A stretch of DNA of 64,000 bases from an uncultured Pseudomonadota bacterium (GCA_963836235.1 CAWIIP010000002.1:1792001-1856000), one strand, 5' to 3'. Positions 10,859 through 22,569 are shown, counted from the first letter of the stretch. The notes: generated by a model not told the origin, from the letters alone. Numbers and translations are program-made.

Positions 10859-13055
10859 GACCTTTGTCGGACCGGAAGTTTCCCCCGAAAACCAATCCAA
10901 TTCGGTCATTCTTTCGGTGGAAGGGATGACCTGCGCTTCCTGCGCCGCCCGCATCGAGCGTAAGCTGAGGGCCGTTCCGGGGGTTACGGGCGCTACTGTT
11001 AATTTCGCTTCCCAAAAGGCTTATGTCCAAGCCGAATCACGGCTTCCCCTCGAGGTCCTGGAATCCGCCGTGGAAAAGGCGGGCTATAAGGCCAGGCCCT
11101 ATCTTCCCGAACATAGGGCTTTACGGATGTACCAAACCGAGCAAAACCGGCTGGGGTGGCGGCTAATCTTGGGCGGGCTTCTTGTCCTGCCCTTCCTGGT
11201 GGAACACCTGCTGATGCTTTTGAGGCCCTTTGAGCTTCCATTAAATGTCCAATTTCTACTGGCGGCGCCGGTTTACTTTATTGTTGGCTGGCCCTTCCAC
11301 CAAGCGGCCTTGAGGGGCCTGCGTCAGGGCGAAGTCACCATGGACACGCTCATTTCCCTGGGTTCTTCCACGGCCTTTTTCGCCTCCCTCCCCGCTTTGA
11401 TGGGCGCCCCCGTGGATGTTTACTTCGACGCGGCGGGACTCATTCTCTTTTTCGTGACCTTGGGCAGATACCTGGAAATTTTCTCCAAGCGCCGGGCCAA
11501 CCGGGCGCTGGAACTGCTGACGAACCTTCAGCCCCGCGTCGCCCATGTCATCAAGGAAACGCACCAAGTGGATGTTCCGGTCGAGATGGTGGTCCTGGGG
11601 AATACCCTTTGCGTCAGGCCGGGGGAAGCCATTCCGGTGGATGGGGACGTCGTCGAGGGGAAGGGGCGGGTGGATGAATCCCTCTTAACCGGCGAATCGG
11701 CGCCCGTTGAGAAGCGGCCGGGCAGCGCGTTATTCGCGGGGACGATCAACGGGACCACCACGCTCAACATGAAAGCCTGGGCGACGGGAGCGGATACGGC
11801 TTTGGCCCATATCATCCGCTTGGTAGAAGAAGCCCAGGGCTCGAAGGCCCCCATCCAAAAAGCCGCGGATAGAGCGGCGGCGATTTTCGTGCCGGTGGTC
11901 CTCCTCCTGTCCCTTTTGACTGTTCTGGGCTGGGTGCTCTTAGCCGGGCATCCGCTTTCCCAGGGCTTGGAGAGGGCGGTTTCGGTGCTGGTCATCGCCT
12001 GCCCCTGCGCCCTCGGGCTGGCAACCCCTATCGCCTTGATGGTGGGTATCGGGGTGGCCGCCAAGCGGGGCATCCTCATCCGCCGGGCGGAAGTGCTGGA
12101 AAAGTCATCCGAAGTGGACGTGATCGTGTTCGATAAAACGGGCACCCTCACCGAGGGAAAACCCCGGCTGGTGGACCTGTTGCCCTTGGACGGCGAACAG
12201 GAGGAAAAGGTTCTTCGTTACGCGGCGGCCCTGGAAAGAGGAACCAACCACCCGCTGGCATCGGCCGTACTAAAGGAAGCGATGGTGTTGGACTTGATCC
12301 TGCCCAGTGTCGAGCGCATGGTGGAAACGCCGGGCGCGGGGTTGCAAGGGTTCGTCGAGGGCCACGAAGTAGCCATTGGGACCAAGGCCTTCATCGAATC
12401 CCTTGAGGGAATAGTGCCTTCCCCCCAAGTCCGGGCTAATGTCGAAGCCTACCGGCTGGGCGGCCAAACGGTCTCCCTCATGGCCTTAGATAAGAAGATT
12501 GTTGGCCTATTCGCCATGGAAGACCCGCCCCGGGCCGATTCCAGGGAAGTGATCGCCAAGCTGAAAGGCCTGGGGCTTAAAGTCCACCTCCTGACCGGCG
12601 ATGGGGAAGTGGTGGCCGAAAAGGTGGGGGAAAGGGTCGGGGTGGACGTGGTGCGGGCCAACGTGAACCCCCAAGGCAAGCTGGACTACATCGAGGAACT
12701 TCAAAAACAAGGTTTGAAAGTGGCCATGGTAGGGGACGGCTATAACGACGCGGCGGCCTTGACGGCGGCGGACCTGGGGATCGCCATGGGCTCGGGCACG
12801 GATGTAGCCAAGGAATCGGGGGACATGGTGCTCACCCAGGGCGGGCTTTATAAGGTCATCGAAGCCCTCAAAGTTTCCAGGGCGACTTTTTCCATCATCC
12901 GGCAGAACCTCTTCTGGGCCTTCGCCTACAATCTAGTAGCCCTGCCCCTCGCCATCTTCACGCGGATTCCACCCGCGGTTGCGGCCCTGGCCATGTCCCT
13001 TTCCTCGGTGACGGTAGTTTTGAACGCGCTGAGGCTTTATCGGAAAAGGTTTTAA
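10848..13055 (+). CDS. copA: Cu(I)-type P1B ATPase
   Basis: GMTCASC, TGES, CPC, DKTGT, GDGYND, YN and MSLSS membrane ligands. Confidence 0.92.
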   Translation: MSLETFVGPEVSPENQSNSVILSVEGMTCASCAARIERKLRAVPGVTGATVNFASQKAYVQAESRLPLEVLESAVEKAGYKARPYLPEHRALRMYQTEQNRLGWRLILGGLLVLPFLVEHLLMLLRPFELPLNVQFLLAAPVYFIVGWPFHQAALRGLRQGEVTMDTLISLGSSTAFFASLPALMGAPVDVYFDAAGLILFFVTLGRYLEIFSKRRANRALELLTNLQPRVAHVIKETHQVDVPVEMVVLGNTLCVRPGEAIPVDGDVVEGKGRVDESLLTGESAPVEKRPGSALFAGTINGTTTLNMKAWATGADTALAHIIRLVEEAQGSKAPIQKAADRAAAIFVPVVLLLSLLTVLGWVLLAGHPLSQGLERAVSVLVIACPCALGLATPIALMVGIGVAAKRGILIRRAEVLEKSSEVDVIVFDKTGTLTEGKPRLVDLLPLDGEQEEKVLRYAAALERGTNHPLASAVLKEAMVLDLILPSVERMVETPGAGLQGFVEGHEVAIGTKAFIESLEGIVPSPQVRANVEAYRLGGQTVSLMALDKKIVGLFAMEDPPRADSREVIAKLKGLGLKVHLLTGDGEVVAEKVGERVGVDVVRANVNPQGKLDYIEELQKQGLKVAMVGDGYNDAAALTAADLGIAMGSGTDVAKESGDMVLTQGGLYKVIEALKVSRATFSIIRQNLFWAFAYNLVALPLAIFTRIPPAVAALAMSLSSVTVVLNALRLYRKRF

Positions 13056-13200
13056 AACAGGGCTAAGTATCCCTTTTTGACCGGTTGGTGTTAGTCCGGC
13101 TCGGATGTTTCATAGTTATAAGGGTTGCCAAGGGCATCGAACATATCGTAAGAGCCGTCGTTTAATTTCAAAATGATTTCCAAGAAGGAGAATCATCAAA

Positions 13201-13917
13201 GTGTTCCACTGGTTGCAGGCCTTACTCGCCCATCAAGGTTATTGGGTTATCTTCTTAGTCGTGTTCTTGAATAATCTTTGTTTTCCGGTGCCGGGCGATT
13301 CGATGCTGTTGGGCGGAGGTTTTCTGGCGGAAAAGGGGATTCTTTCCTTGTGGGCCGTGATCGCTGTCGGAACAGGAGGTTGCTTCCTGGGGGGGAATGG
13401 CGGTTATTGGTTCGGGTCGCGGTTCGGGTACCGCTTTTTGAAAAAGAACCGCTGGCTCCAGGTTTCGCCCCAAAGAATCGGACAAATTGAATATTTTTTC
13501 AAAAAATATGGGGCCAAAGCCGTTTTTTTAGCCCGGTTCGTGGCCCTGCTCCATCCCGTAACCGGCCTCCTAGCGGGCATGGGAAGAACCCCCTTCCGCC
13601 TCTTCCTTTTTTATAACTTGGCCGGGGCTTTCGCCTACTCCGCCCTCTATGCTTTGGTCGGTTATTTTTTCGGGCAAAGATGGGAACTCTTCAAAAGTTG
13701 GATCGGTCCGGTCGCCCTTTACACGATCCTCATTGCCGCCGCCCTCTTTTCCCTCGGCCTATTTTTACGACATTCAATCCGCGACTTTTTTGATAGTTTT
13801 TCCTCCCGAAAAGAAGCCAAGCGGGGAAAGAACAAAAAAATTCAAAAGCCGTCCTCCGTCGGCCATCCACGAGTGGCAGGAGGAAACCTTAAGAAAGGGA
13901 GGGGCCTATCAAAATGA
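13201..13917 (+). CDS. DedA family membrane protein
   Basis: FPVPGD, GYWFG, KYGAKAVFLARF, AGM motifs; GTG start with AGGAG RBS. Confidence 0.88.
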   Translation: MFHWLQALLAHQGYWVIFLVVFLNNLCFPVPGDSMLLGGGFLAEKGILSLWAVIAVGTGGCFLGGNGGYWFGSRFGYRFLKKNRWLQVSPQRIGQIEYFFKKYGAKAVFLARFVALLHPVTGLLAGMGRTPFRLFLFYNLAGAFAYSALYALVGYFFGQRWELFKSWIGPVALYTILIAAALFSLGLFLRHSIRDFFDSFSSRKEAKRGKNKKIQKPSSVGHPRVAGGNLKKGRGLSK

Positions 13918-14229
13918 GAGGCCGCCCGAAAAAAAGTAACAAGAAATTAAACATAACCTGAACTTTCACGGGCGGGAAAGAGTACAATCAAATTGATCAA
14001 AAGGTTATTTCAGCTTTCTTACCCCAGATCCCGGCCCCGGAGAATGTCCTAAGGGAATCCGAACCAAGCTTCTACCTCCATTTGGTTCAACCAACTCGGC
14101 CTTTTCAAATCACGTTCATTTCAATGAATCTCCAGCAGGATAGGCCCTCCCATTCCAAAAAAAAGAGGCCACCTGACGGGAATCATACTCAAAATTTTTA
14201 CGAATTTAAAAATAACCTGCGATCCTTGA

Positions 14230-15870
<1,641 letters not shown>

Positions 15871-15896
15871 AACACAGTTTAAAAAAATTTTTTACG

Positions 15897-15982
15897 ACCA
15901 AGGGCACCAAGGAAGATAAAAAAGCAGAGAATGAAACTTTAGAAATCGACTTTTTCAGTCCTTCTTGGTGTACTTGGTGGTT
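15897..15982. repeat. Family A short inverted-repeat element (CACCAAG units), copy 1
   Basis: ACCAAGGGCACCAAG..AT-rich..CTTGGTGTACTTGGTGGTT between convergent genes. Confidence 0.7.
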
Positions 15983-15996
15983 CAACCGCCTTGGGT

Positions 15997-16695
15997 TTAG
16001 GCTAAGTCGAAAAGCAATATCTCCGTTGGTTCCTGGGCCGTGAAAGAAACGGCCATTTCGCCGGAAAAACCGGCCCCATCCCCTGTTTGAAGTTGAAGCT
16101 TGTCCAGTTCGATCCCGCCTTTGACCACGTGTAACCAGGCGCTTCGGCCGGGCTTGAGCTCGTGGATCATATGGTTCCCCTTGTGGATGAGCGTGGAGTA
16201 CATTTGAACGTCCTGCTGTATCTTCAGCGAGGCTTCTTTTCCGTCGGGGGAGGCGATGAGCTTCAAGATTCCCTTGCGTTCGGCGAGGGTGAAGAATTTT
16301 TTCCGGCCACCCGGTTCCATGACCCCGGCCGAGGGGGAAAATCCGCTTTGAAAGACATGGGCGTCCTCGGGGGATAATATATGGAAGGCGGATAGTTTCG
16401 TGCCGCCGGCGACGTTGGCGCGGAGGAATTCATCCGTCTTCACCAATTCGGGGCTTTCCAACAGGCCCTTCATGACCATCAGGCCCTCGCGCACATAGGT
16501 GACAAGAACCATATCTTCGTGGGTGTGCAAGATGAATCCCCGGCCCGGGGAAAGGACTTCCTCGTTGAAGATTTTGAGCGCGCCAAATCCGTTTTGAAGG
16601 GGATCGGCCTGGTTTTCCCAGTCGAAAGTCATCCAGGTGGTTTGGTTACCGTCGGCGATATGGCGCCTTTCTTCCGACCTTCTAATCGTAATCAT
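15997..16695 (-). CDS. Pirin family protein, degenerate metal site
   Basis: YhhW-like sequence with HTH but no downstream H-x-E; C-terminal SPDG..QDV..AWLHVVKG. Confidence 0.85.
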   Translation of the reverse strand: MITIRRSEERRHIADGNQTTWMTFDWENQADPLQNGFGALKIFNEEVLSPGRGFILHTHEDMVLVTYVREGLMVMKGLLESPELVKTDEFLRANVAGGTKLSAFHILSPEDAHVFQSGFSPSAGVMEPGGRKKFFTLAERKGILKLIASPDGKEASLKIQQDVQMYSTLIHKGNHMIHELKPGRSAWLHVVKGGIELDKLQLQTGDGAGFSGEMAVSFTAQEPTEILLFDLA

Positions 16696-16832
16696 TCTTC
16701 ATCTCCCTGGGCGCCGGTTTTTCAGCCCATCCTTCAAATCAAGGCGGGCAAGACGTTACTGCCAACTCAATCCAACCACTCAGGGTTCCAAAACTTATCG
16801 AACATGAGGCGGCCTACAAAAGGATTAAATAC

Positions 16833-16849
16833 AGCAAGAAACGAACCAG
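16833..16849 (-). promoter_or_regulatory. Sigma54 -24/-12 promoter upstream of pirin
   Basis: CTGGTTCGTTTCTTGCT on - strand (GG-N10-GC). Confidence 0.65.
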
Positions 16850-16901
16850 ATAAGGGAATGGTTCTTTTGCTTGTTTTTCGCGGCCGGGTCCGCCAAACCG
16901 A

Positions 16902-16933
16902 ATCAAGTTGAGAAAAAAACGAATCGTTTTGAT
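16902..16933. promoter_or_regulatory. Putative enhancer (UAS) copy 1
   Basis: ATCAAGTTGAG-N10-ATCGTTTTGAT. Confidence 0.65.
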
Positions 16934-16962
16934 CTTTCCATGACCGCCGCGCCCGATGAAGT

Positions 16963-17382
16963 CTAACTTTTTTCAGGCGTGGACAGGACATCGGAGATGG
17001 CCTGGAGAAGCTGCTCCACCTTGAAAGGCTTTCCCAATTTGGGATTGGGAATATTGTTCAAGAATTTCGCCCGCGCGTCGGAAAAGATCCCGCCGGTGAT
17101 GAACACGATCTTTTTTTCCAGGCCGGGATTACTTTTCTCGACCTCCTGGTAAAATTCGACCCCGTTCATGTCGGGCATATTCAAGTCGCTCACGATGACT
17201 TCCACCTTGGTGATTCCGCGGGCGAGGATGTTCAAGGCTTCGACAGCCGATGGGACGGAAATAACGAAATGCCCGTTTGAGCGCAGCATCTCCGTGAACA
17301 AACGCGCGTTCCCGGACTCATCATCCACCAAAAGAACCCGCAGGCCCGGGGCCGGCTTTTCCCCGCCATTCATGACCGTCAT
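16963..17382 (-). CDS. Single-domain response regulator
   Basis: [22 protein letters not shown]. Confidence 0.9.
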   Translation of the reverse strand: MTVMNGGEKPAPGLRVLLVDDESGNARLFTEMLRSNGHFVISVPSAVEALNILARGITKVEVIVSDLNMPDMNGVEFYQEVEKSNPGLEKKIVFITGGIFSDARAKFLNNIPNPKLGKPFKVEQLLQAISDVLSTPEKS

Positions 17383-19718
17383 TTCGCGTCCAACACCTTG
17401 CGGACCCGCTCCGCCAGCTCGTCGTTGGAAAAGGGTTTTTGGATCAAATGGATGGCTAGGTCGATCGTTCCCTCCTCGGACAACACATCCAGCGGATAGC
17501 CGGACATGTAGAGGACAACCATTTTAGGCCTGGTTTTCTTCAACTGGTCCGCCAGTTCCTTGCCGTTCATCTTGGGCATGACGGTGTCGGTCAATAAAAG
17601 GTGGATGACGTCCCCGTACGTCTCCGCCTGCTGGACCGCTTCCACGCCGTTGCGCGCCTGCAGGACGCGGTAGCCGCGGTGCTCCAGCGCCCGTACCATG
17701 ACTTTGCGTACCTGTTCCTCATCCTCCGCCACGAGGACGGTCTCCGATCCGCCGATGGAGGGGGACTCCGCCTTGGGCAGGGCGGCCGCCCCGGCCACTT
17801 CCTTGGCGGCGGGTAAATAAATGGTAAAGGTAGTCCCCATGCCCGGGGCGCTGTAGACCCAGAGATACCCCCCCCATTGGTGCACGATGCCGTAAACGGT
17901 CGCCAAGCCCAGGCCCGTTCCTTTTTCCCCCTTGGTGGTGAAAAAGGGCTCGAAGAGATGCTTCTGGGTTTCGTCGTCCATCCCGGTGCCCGTGTCCGTC
18001 ACCGAAAGGCTCACATAGGCGCCGGAGGGGATAGTGACTCCCTTAATCTCGAGGGCCCCGGCCAGCTCGATGTTTTTAGTGGCCAGCATCAGCTTTCCCC
18101 CCTTCGGCATGGCGTCCCGGGCGTTCAAGACCAGGTTCAGGATGACCTGCTGGATTTGGCCCGGGTCGGCCTTGACCGACCTCAAGTTCTTCTCCTGGAC
18201 GAGGTCGAAGTTTATGGAAGCGTCGATCAGGCGCTTGAACATCAGGCTCATTTCCGAGCCCATTTCATTGAGGTCGACAAGCTGGGGCTGGGAAATCTGT
18301 TTTTTCCCGAAAGCCAGCAGTTGGCGCGTCAAGTCGGCCCCCCTTTTGACCGCCTTCTCGATTTCCTCCACGTCCAAAAGATGGGGATCGCCCGGCGCCA
18401 GGGCGGCCTTGAGAAAACCGCTGTTCCCCCCGATGGCGCTCAGGAGATTATTGAAGTCGTGGGCCACGCCCCCGGCCAAACGCCCCAGGGCGTCCAGTTT
18501 TTGCGACAGCCGCATCTGCTCCTCGTGTTTTTTCTGGGTTTCCAGGGCGTTCTTTTTCTCCGTGATGTCCCGCGAGATGGAGGAAACGCCGACGATTTTT
18601 CCCAGGGCGTCCTTGATGGGCGACACGGTGACGGCCACTTCGACCATCTCCCCATTCCTCTTCAACAGCGTCGTTTCATAGTTCGAAACGTTCTCCTCTT
18701 TGGTAGCCAGGGCCCTTACTTTTTCCATTTCCATCTTGCGGTCGGTGGGGACGAGGAGGGCGGTGTTTTCCCCCAGGATTTCCTCCGAATGGTAGCCGAA
18801 CATGGTTTCGGCGGCGTGGTTCCAACTGAAAATCTTCCCGTCCAGGTCGCTGCCGATGACGGCGTCGGTGGTCTGTTCCAAAATAGAGGCCAATTGGGAG
18901 AGCGTTTCCTCGGACTTGCGGCGCTCGGTGATGTCCAGGGCCATGCCCATGTTGCCCAGCAGGTTCCCCTTCGAGTCCCGCATGGGGGTGACGTACCATT
19001 CGCACAGGATGGTCTTGCCGTCCTTGCGACGGTGCGCTGAGACCTCCCCCTGAATGGTCTTATCGCCTTTTTGAAGCCGCTCATAGCTGGCCTCGGCCCG
19101 GGATAAGTCGGACGGCGAGATCAGGGTTTCCTCCAGCTTCTTGCCCCGTACTTCATTGAAGAAATAGCCGAAGGTCCGCTCGGCCGCCGGGTTCCAATAG
19201 GTGAAGTGGTTGTCCTTGTCGGCGAGCACGCAGGCAATGGGCATGCATTCCATCTGCAATTGGAGCCGTTCCAAAAGTTCGCTCTTTTCCGCCAAAAGCC
19301 TTTCCTTCACGGCTTCGGCCCTCTCGCTTTCATTGATGTCACGGGCGATCACGGCGGCACCAACGACCCGGTTTTGAGGTTCCTCCAGCGGAGAAACGGT
19401 CAGCGAGAGGAGGACTTCCTTTCCGCTCTTGGGCTGGTGGCTGGTGAGGAAGTTAGCCACCGCTTTTCCTTCCCGGATGGACTCCAAAATCCGTGGAAAC
19501 TCGACCAGGCGGTCCGCCGGGACGATCATGGAAAGGTTTTGGCCGATGATTTCTTTGGGCGTGAAGCCGTAAATCCGTTGGGCGCCGGGGTTCCAGCTTA
19601 ATAAGATGCCGTCCAGGGAGACCGAGTAGATGGCGTCGTTGGAGGATTCGACGATGGAAGCCAGCCGGGCCGCGTCATCGGCGCTGTTTTTATTTTCGAC
19701 GACATTCCCGCTTTTCAT
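17379..19718 (-). CDS. Triple-PAS hybrid sensor histidine kinase
   Basis: Three PAS repeats, AHDFNN H-box, PFFTTK..GTGLGL, C-terminal receiver. Confidence 0.93.
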   Translation of the reverse strand: MKSGNVVENKNSADDAARLASIVESSNDAIYSVSLDGILLSWNPGAQRIYGFTPKEIIGQNLSMIVPADRLVEFPRILESIREGKAVANFLTSHQPKSGKEVLLSLTVSPLEEPQNRVVGAAVIARDINESERAEAVKERLLAEKSELLERLQLQMECMPIACVLADKDNHFTYWNPAAERTFGYFFNEVRGKKLEETLISPSDLSRAEASYERLQKGDKTIQGEVSAHRRKDGKTILCEWYVTPMRDSKGNLLGNMGMALDITERRKSEETLSQLASILEQTTDAVIGSDLDGKIFSWNHAAETMFGYHSEEILGENTALLVPTDRKMEMEKVRALATKEENVSNYETTLLKRNGEMVEVAVTVSPIKDALGKIVGVSSISRDITEKKNALETQKKHEEQMRLSQKLDALGRLAGGVAHDFNNLLSAIGGNSGFLKAALAPGDPHLLDVEEIEKAVKRGADLTRQLLAFGKKQISQPQLVDLNEMGSEMSLMFKRLIDASINFDLVQEKNLRSVKADPGQIQQVILNLVLNARDAMPKGGKLMLATKNIELAGALEIKGVTIPSGAYVSLSVTDTGTGMDDETQKHLFEPFFTTKGEKGTGLGLATVYGIVHQWGGYLWVYSAPGMGTTFTIYLPAAKEVAGAAALPKAESPSIGGSETVLVAEDEEQVRKVMVRALEHRGYRVLQARNGVEAVQQAETYGDVIHLLLTDTVMPKMNGKELADQLKKTRPKMVVLYMSGYPLDVLSEEGTIDLAIHLIQKPFSNDELAERVRKVLDAK

Positions 19719-19785
19719 GAAAGCCCCTTTGAAGGAGATTGAGCCCCTTTTCGGGGCATCCGCAAACTAATTGCACAGGCAATAA

Positions 19786-19801
19786 GGCAAGAAGCAAGCC
19801 A
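19786..19801 (-). promoter_or_regulatory. Sigma54 promoter upstream of hybrid kinase
   Basis: TGGCTTGCTTCTTGCC on - strand. Confidence 0.7.
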
Positions 19802-19861
19802 CGACTTGGGCAGGACCCATATCGTTTTTATGCGTTTCGATGGCCCGGACTTCCAGGAGTG

Positions 19862-19893
19862 ATCAAAACGAGAATTTTTAAGATCATTTTGAT
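19862..19893. promoter_or_regulatory. Putative enhancer (UAS) copy 2
   Basis: ATCAAAACGAG-N10-ATCATTTTGAT. Confidence 0.75.
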
Positions 19894-20000
19894 CGCTCGT
19901 TTCCCGGGCAGGCCTCTTTCAAGTGGAACCTCAAAACCAGCCGTTCTATCTTTTCGAGGCGGGCGGAGGATTTGGAACGATTCCCGTGGGGAAATTCCCA

Positions 20001-20016
20001 CGGTATGGAACTTGCC
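20001..20016 (+). promoter_or_regulatory. Sigma54 promoter upstream of rhodanese
   Basis: CGGTATGGAACTTGCC (GG-N10-GC); a weaker second match follows at 20021. Confidence 0.65.
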
Positions 20017-20064
20017 TTAAGGCATGGCATTAGCTCGTAAAAAAATTAAAAAGAGGTAAAAAAC

Positions 20065-20496
20065 ATGTCGATGACCAAAGAAGCAGTCAAGGACAAGATG
20101 AACGATAAGAACACCCTGGTATTGAACGTCCTGCCGGAAACGGATTTCGCGAAGCTCCACATCAAGGGCTCGGAAAACCTTCCGATGGGACTCAACACGG
20201 CCGATTTCGTCCAGGCGGTCGAGAAAAAATACGGGAAAGACAAGTTCATCATCACCTATTGCGCCGGTTTGACCTGCAACGCAGGCCCGAGCGCGGCCAA
20301 GGCCCTGCAGGAAAAGGGCTTCAAGGCGAATGACTATGCCGGCGGAACCCAGGAATGGTCCGAAGCGGGCTTTCCCACCGAGGGAACCGAAGCGAAGAAC
20401 GTAGCGGCAGTCCCAGCGGCCACGGCAGCTACTCCCGTAGCGACGACCGTTCCGGCACCAGCAGTAGCGGCCGTACCCGCAGGAGCAGCGAAGTAG
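20065..20496 (+). CDS. Rhodanese-like domain protein with Ala/Pro-rich tail
   Basis: HIKGS, ITYCAGLTC active-site Cys, YAGGTQEW. Confidence 0.85.
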   Translation: MSMTKEAVKDKMNDKNTLVLNVLPETDFAKLHIKGSENLPMGLNTADFVQAVEKKYGKDKFIITYCAGLTCNAGPSAAKALQEKGFKANDYAGGTQEWSEAGFPTEGTEAKNVAAVPAATAATPVATTVPAPAVAAVPAGAAK

Positions 20497-20507
20497 TTTT
20501 TTCTTTG

Positions 20508-20545
20508 AAGGCCCGCGGTCCCAAGGGGGAGCGCGGGCTTTCTTT
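20508..20545 (+). terminator. Probable intrinsic terminator
   Basis: GCCCGCG..CGCGGGC stem followed by TTTCTTT. Confidence 0.55.
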
Positions 20546-20609
20546 AAACGTCCGTTGTGGCTTCAAATGAAACTCAAATTAATGAGAATGCAGGAAGAAA
20601 GATAAAAAA

Positions 20610-21164
20610 ATGAAAAAGCTTGCTTTGACAGCCGGTTATTTGCTTGTTTTAGCCTTCGCGAATTCTTTCGCGATCGCCGATGGAGTCGCGCCTGGATTGC
20701 CCGCCCCGCAAATTGGAGTAGAGGGTGGGTTCAACGTCGCGAGCCTGAACGGCCCGGTGGGTGATGTGTACGCCTCCCGTTTGGGATTCGTGGGCGGAGC
20801 TTTCCTGAACTTGCCCCTTGGGCCGACGCTGGCGTTTCAGCCGGAGCTTCTTTACGAACAGAAGGGCGGGCAGGTCAACGGCAATCCTTACCGGCTGGAC
20901 TATGTGGAAGTCCCGGTTCTCCTGGACGTTTCCTTACTGGGGCCCTTGGGAATTCTTTTGGGGCCTTCCTTCGCCGCCAACGTGGACAATCAGGGCGTGA
21001 ACAATCCCAACAGCACGGACGTGGGACTGATCCTGGGCGCCCAATTGGATCTTCTGCCGATTCTTCTCAGCTGCCGCTATGAAGTGGGATTGACGGACGT
21101 GACTACCGATGCCAACGTCCAAAACGGCACCTTCACCTTTTTGGCGGGGCTGTCGTTTATTTAA
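20610..21164 (+). CDS. Outer-membrane beta-barrel (porin/PorT-like) protein
   Basis: Signal peptide, FQPELLYEQKG, LDYVEVPVL, terminal aromatic residue. Confidence 0.75.
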   Translation: MKKLALTAGYLLVLAFANSFAIADGVAPGLPAPQIGVEGGFNVASLNGPVGDVYASRLGFVGGAFLNLPLGPTLAFQPELLYEQKGGQVNGNPYRLDYVEVPVLLDVSLLGPLGILLGPSFAANVDNQGVNNPNSTDVGLILGAQLDLLPILLSCRYEVGLTDVTTDANVQNGTFTFLAGLSFI

Positions 21165-21225
21165 TAGCCGGGAGAAAAAGTTCAAGAGGTTTTGACTTAG
21201 ACGTTCCATCAAAAAGGAAAAGAAA

Positions 21226-21825
21226 ATGTATACCGCGAAAAACTACGACCGGCTGCTGGGCATCCGGGGATTCAGCGACAAACTGCTGAAAGCCCATTTC
21301 AAGCTCTATGAAGGGTACGTCGCCCACATCAACAAGATGATCGACTACCTCAAGGGGGCGGATAAAGAGACCCAGGAATATGACGAAGTCAAAAGAAGGT
21401 TCGGCTGGGAGTTCAACGGTATGCGGCTCCACGAGGCCTATTTCGGGAACATGACGGCGAAGCCCGCCGAACTGGACCCGGACTCGGATTTGGGCGTCCA
21501 GATCGCGGAGTCCTTCGGGTCCATCGAGGCCTGGAAGAAGGATTTCAAGGCGGTTTCCGCGATGCGGGGCATCGGCTGGGCGGTTCTGGCCTGGGACCCG
21601 GAGGGGCATCAGCTCTTCAACGTTTGGATCAACGAGCACGACGCGGGGCACCTGGTTTACTGCGTGTCTATCCTGGTCAACGACGTTTTCGAGCACGCCT
21701 ACCTGGCGGATTACGGTTCGGAGCGGAAAGATTATATCGAAGCCTTCCTGAAGGTGGTTGACTGGGGCGAAGCACAGAAAAGATTCACCGGCATGGCCAA
21801 GCTGACGATCTCCCATGCCTATTGA
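21226..21825 (+). CDS. Fe/Mn superoxide dismutase family protein
   Basis: H (AHFKLY), H (RLHEAYF), FGS, GIGWAVL, DVFEHAY. Confidence 0.88.
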   Translation: MYTAKNYDRLLGIRGFSDKLLKAHFKLYEGYVAHINKMIDYLKGADKETQEYDEVKRRFGWEFNGMRLHEAYFGNMTAKPAELDPDSDLGVQIAESFGSIEAWKKDFKAVSAMRGIGWAVLAWDPEGHQLFNVWINEHDAGHLVYCVSILVNDVFEHAYLADYGSERKDYIEAFLKVVDWGEAQKRFTGMAKLTISHAY

Positions 21826-22099
21826 CCTCAAAGGGGATTGGATCGTGAAAAACCCGAAACCTTTTTCGAAGCGGAAAGTCACGGGCTATCCGCTGACGGT
21901 TCGGAAAGGCGGGGCGGCCCTCCCGGTTTCCGGGCCGGCCGAGGCAAACTATGGTTACGACGCTCCCGCCGACCGGACCGAGATTTTATGGAAATGCCTG
22001 GAATGCGGGGAACTGAAGCCTCGAACCAAGTGGGTCCTGGGCCCCTGCCCCTCCTGTGGCGCGCCGAAATCCCAATTCGTACTGGTGGACGAAGATTGA
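21815..22099 (+). CDS. Rubredoxin-like small protein
   Basis: WKCLECG...CPSCGAPKSQF. Confidence 0.7.
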   Translation: MPIDLKGDWIVKNPKPFSKRKVTGYPLTVRKGGAALPVSGPAEANYGYDAPADRTEILWKCLECGELKPRTKWVLGPCPSCGAPKSQFVLVDED

Positions 22100-22110
22100 T
22101 CCTTAATAAC

Positions 22111-22245
22111 ATGAAAAACTACAACGAAATCTTCTTGGCCGCGCAGACCGCCTCTGCCGTGAAGTTCCCGCTCGTGCCGACCAACTTGAAAAAATATTTC
22201 TTGAAAAAGCGTGACCCGCGAAGAATCACGAAAGCCAAAAGTTGA
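22111..22245 (+). CDS. Possible 44-aa basic peptide
   Basis: ATG 11 nt after previous stop (MKNYNEIFLAAQ...); weak RBS. Confidence 0.3.
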   Translation: MKNYNEIFLAAQTASAVKFPLVPTNLKKYFLKKRDPRRITKAKS

Positions 22246-22274
22246 GAGAAGGGTCCGGTGCGTGAATTTTCCGA

Positions 22275-22290
22275 CGGCACGTTCCTTGCT
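22275..22290 (+). promoter_or_regulatory. Sigma54 promoter upstream of His-rich lipopeptide
   Basis: CGGCACGTTCCTTGCT, near-consensus. Confidence 0.8.
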
Positions 22291-22368
22291 TTAAACATGC
22301 TTGTTGATGTCATCAAAAGGGCCGACCTTAGCGGGCATCGGCACTTTACTTTTAATGGGAGGTGTTGA

Positions 22369-22569
22369 ATGAAGTCTAGGAACTTAGGAATCCTCGCCCT
22401 TTTGACGGTGATCATTGGAGCGATTGTATCGGGTTGTTATCCCTATCATCGGGGCGTGGGAGTCGATATCGCGGTTCACGATAATCGGTGGCATTACGAC
22501 CATGATTATGACGATAACTGGCGCGCCCACCACGCGTGGCATGATGACCGGCATGACTGGGATCATTGA
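22369..22569 (+). CDS. Small His/Asp/Trp-rich lipoprotein
   Basis: GGAGGT RBS, lipobox IVSGC, HDNRWHYDHDYDDNWRAHHAWHDDRHDWDH. Confidence 0.75.
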   Translation: MKSRNLGILALLTVIIGAIVSGCYPYHRGVGVDIAVHDNRWHYDHDYDDNWRAHHAWHDDRHDWDH

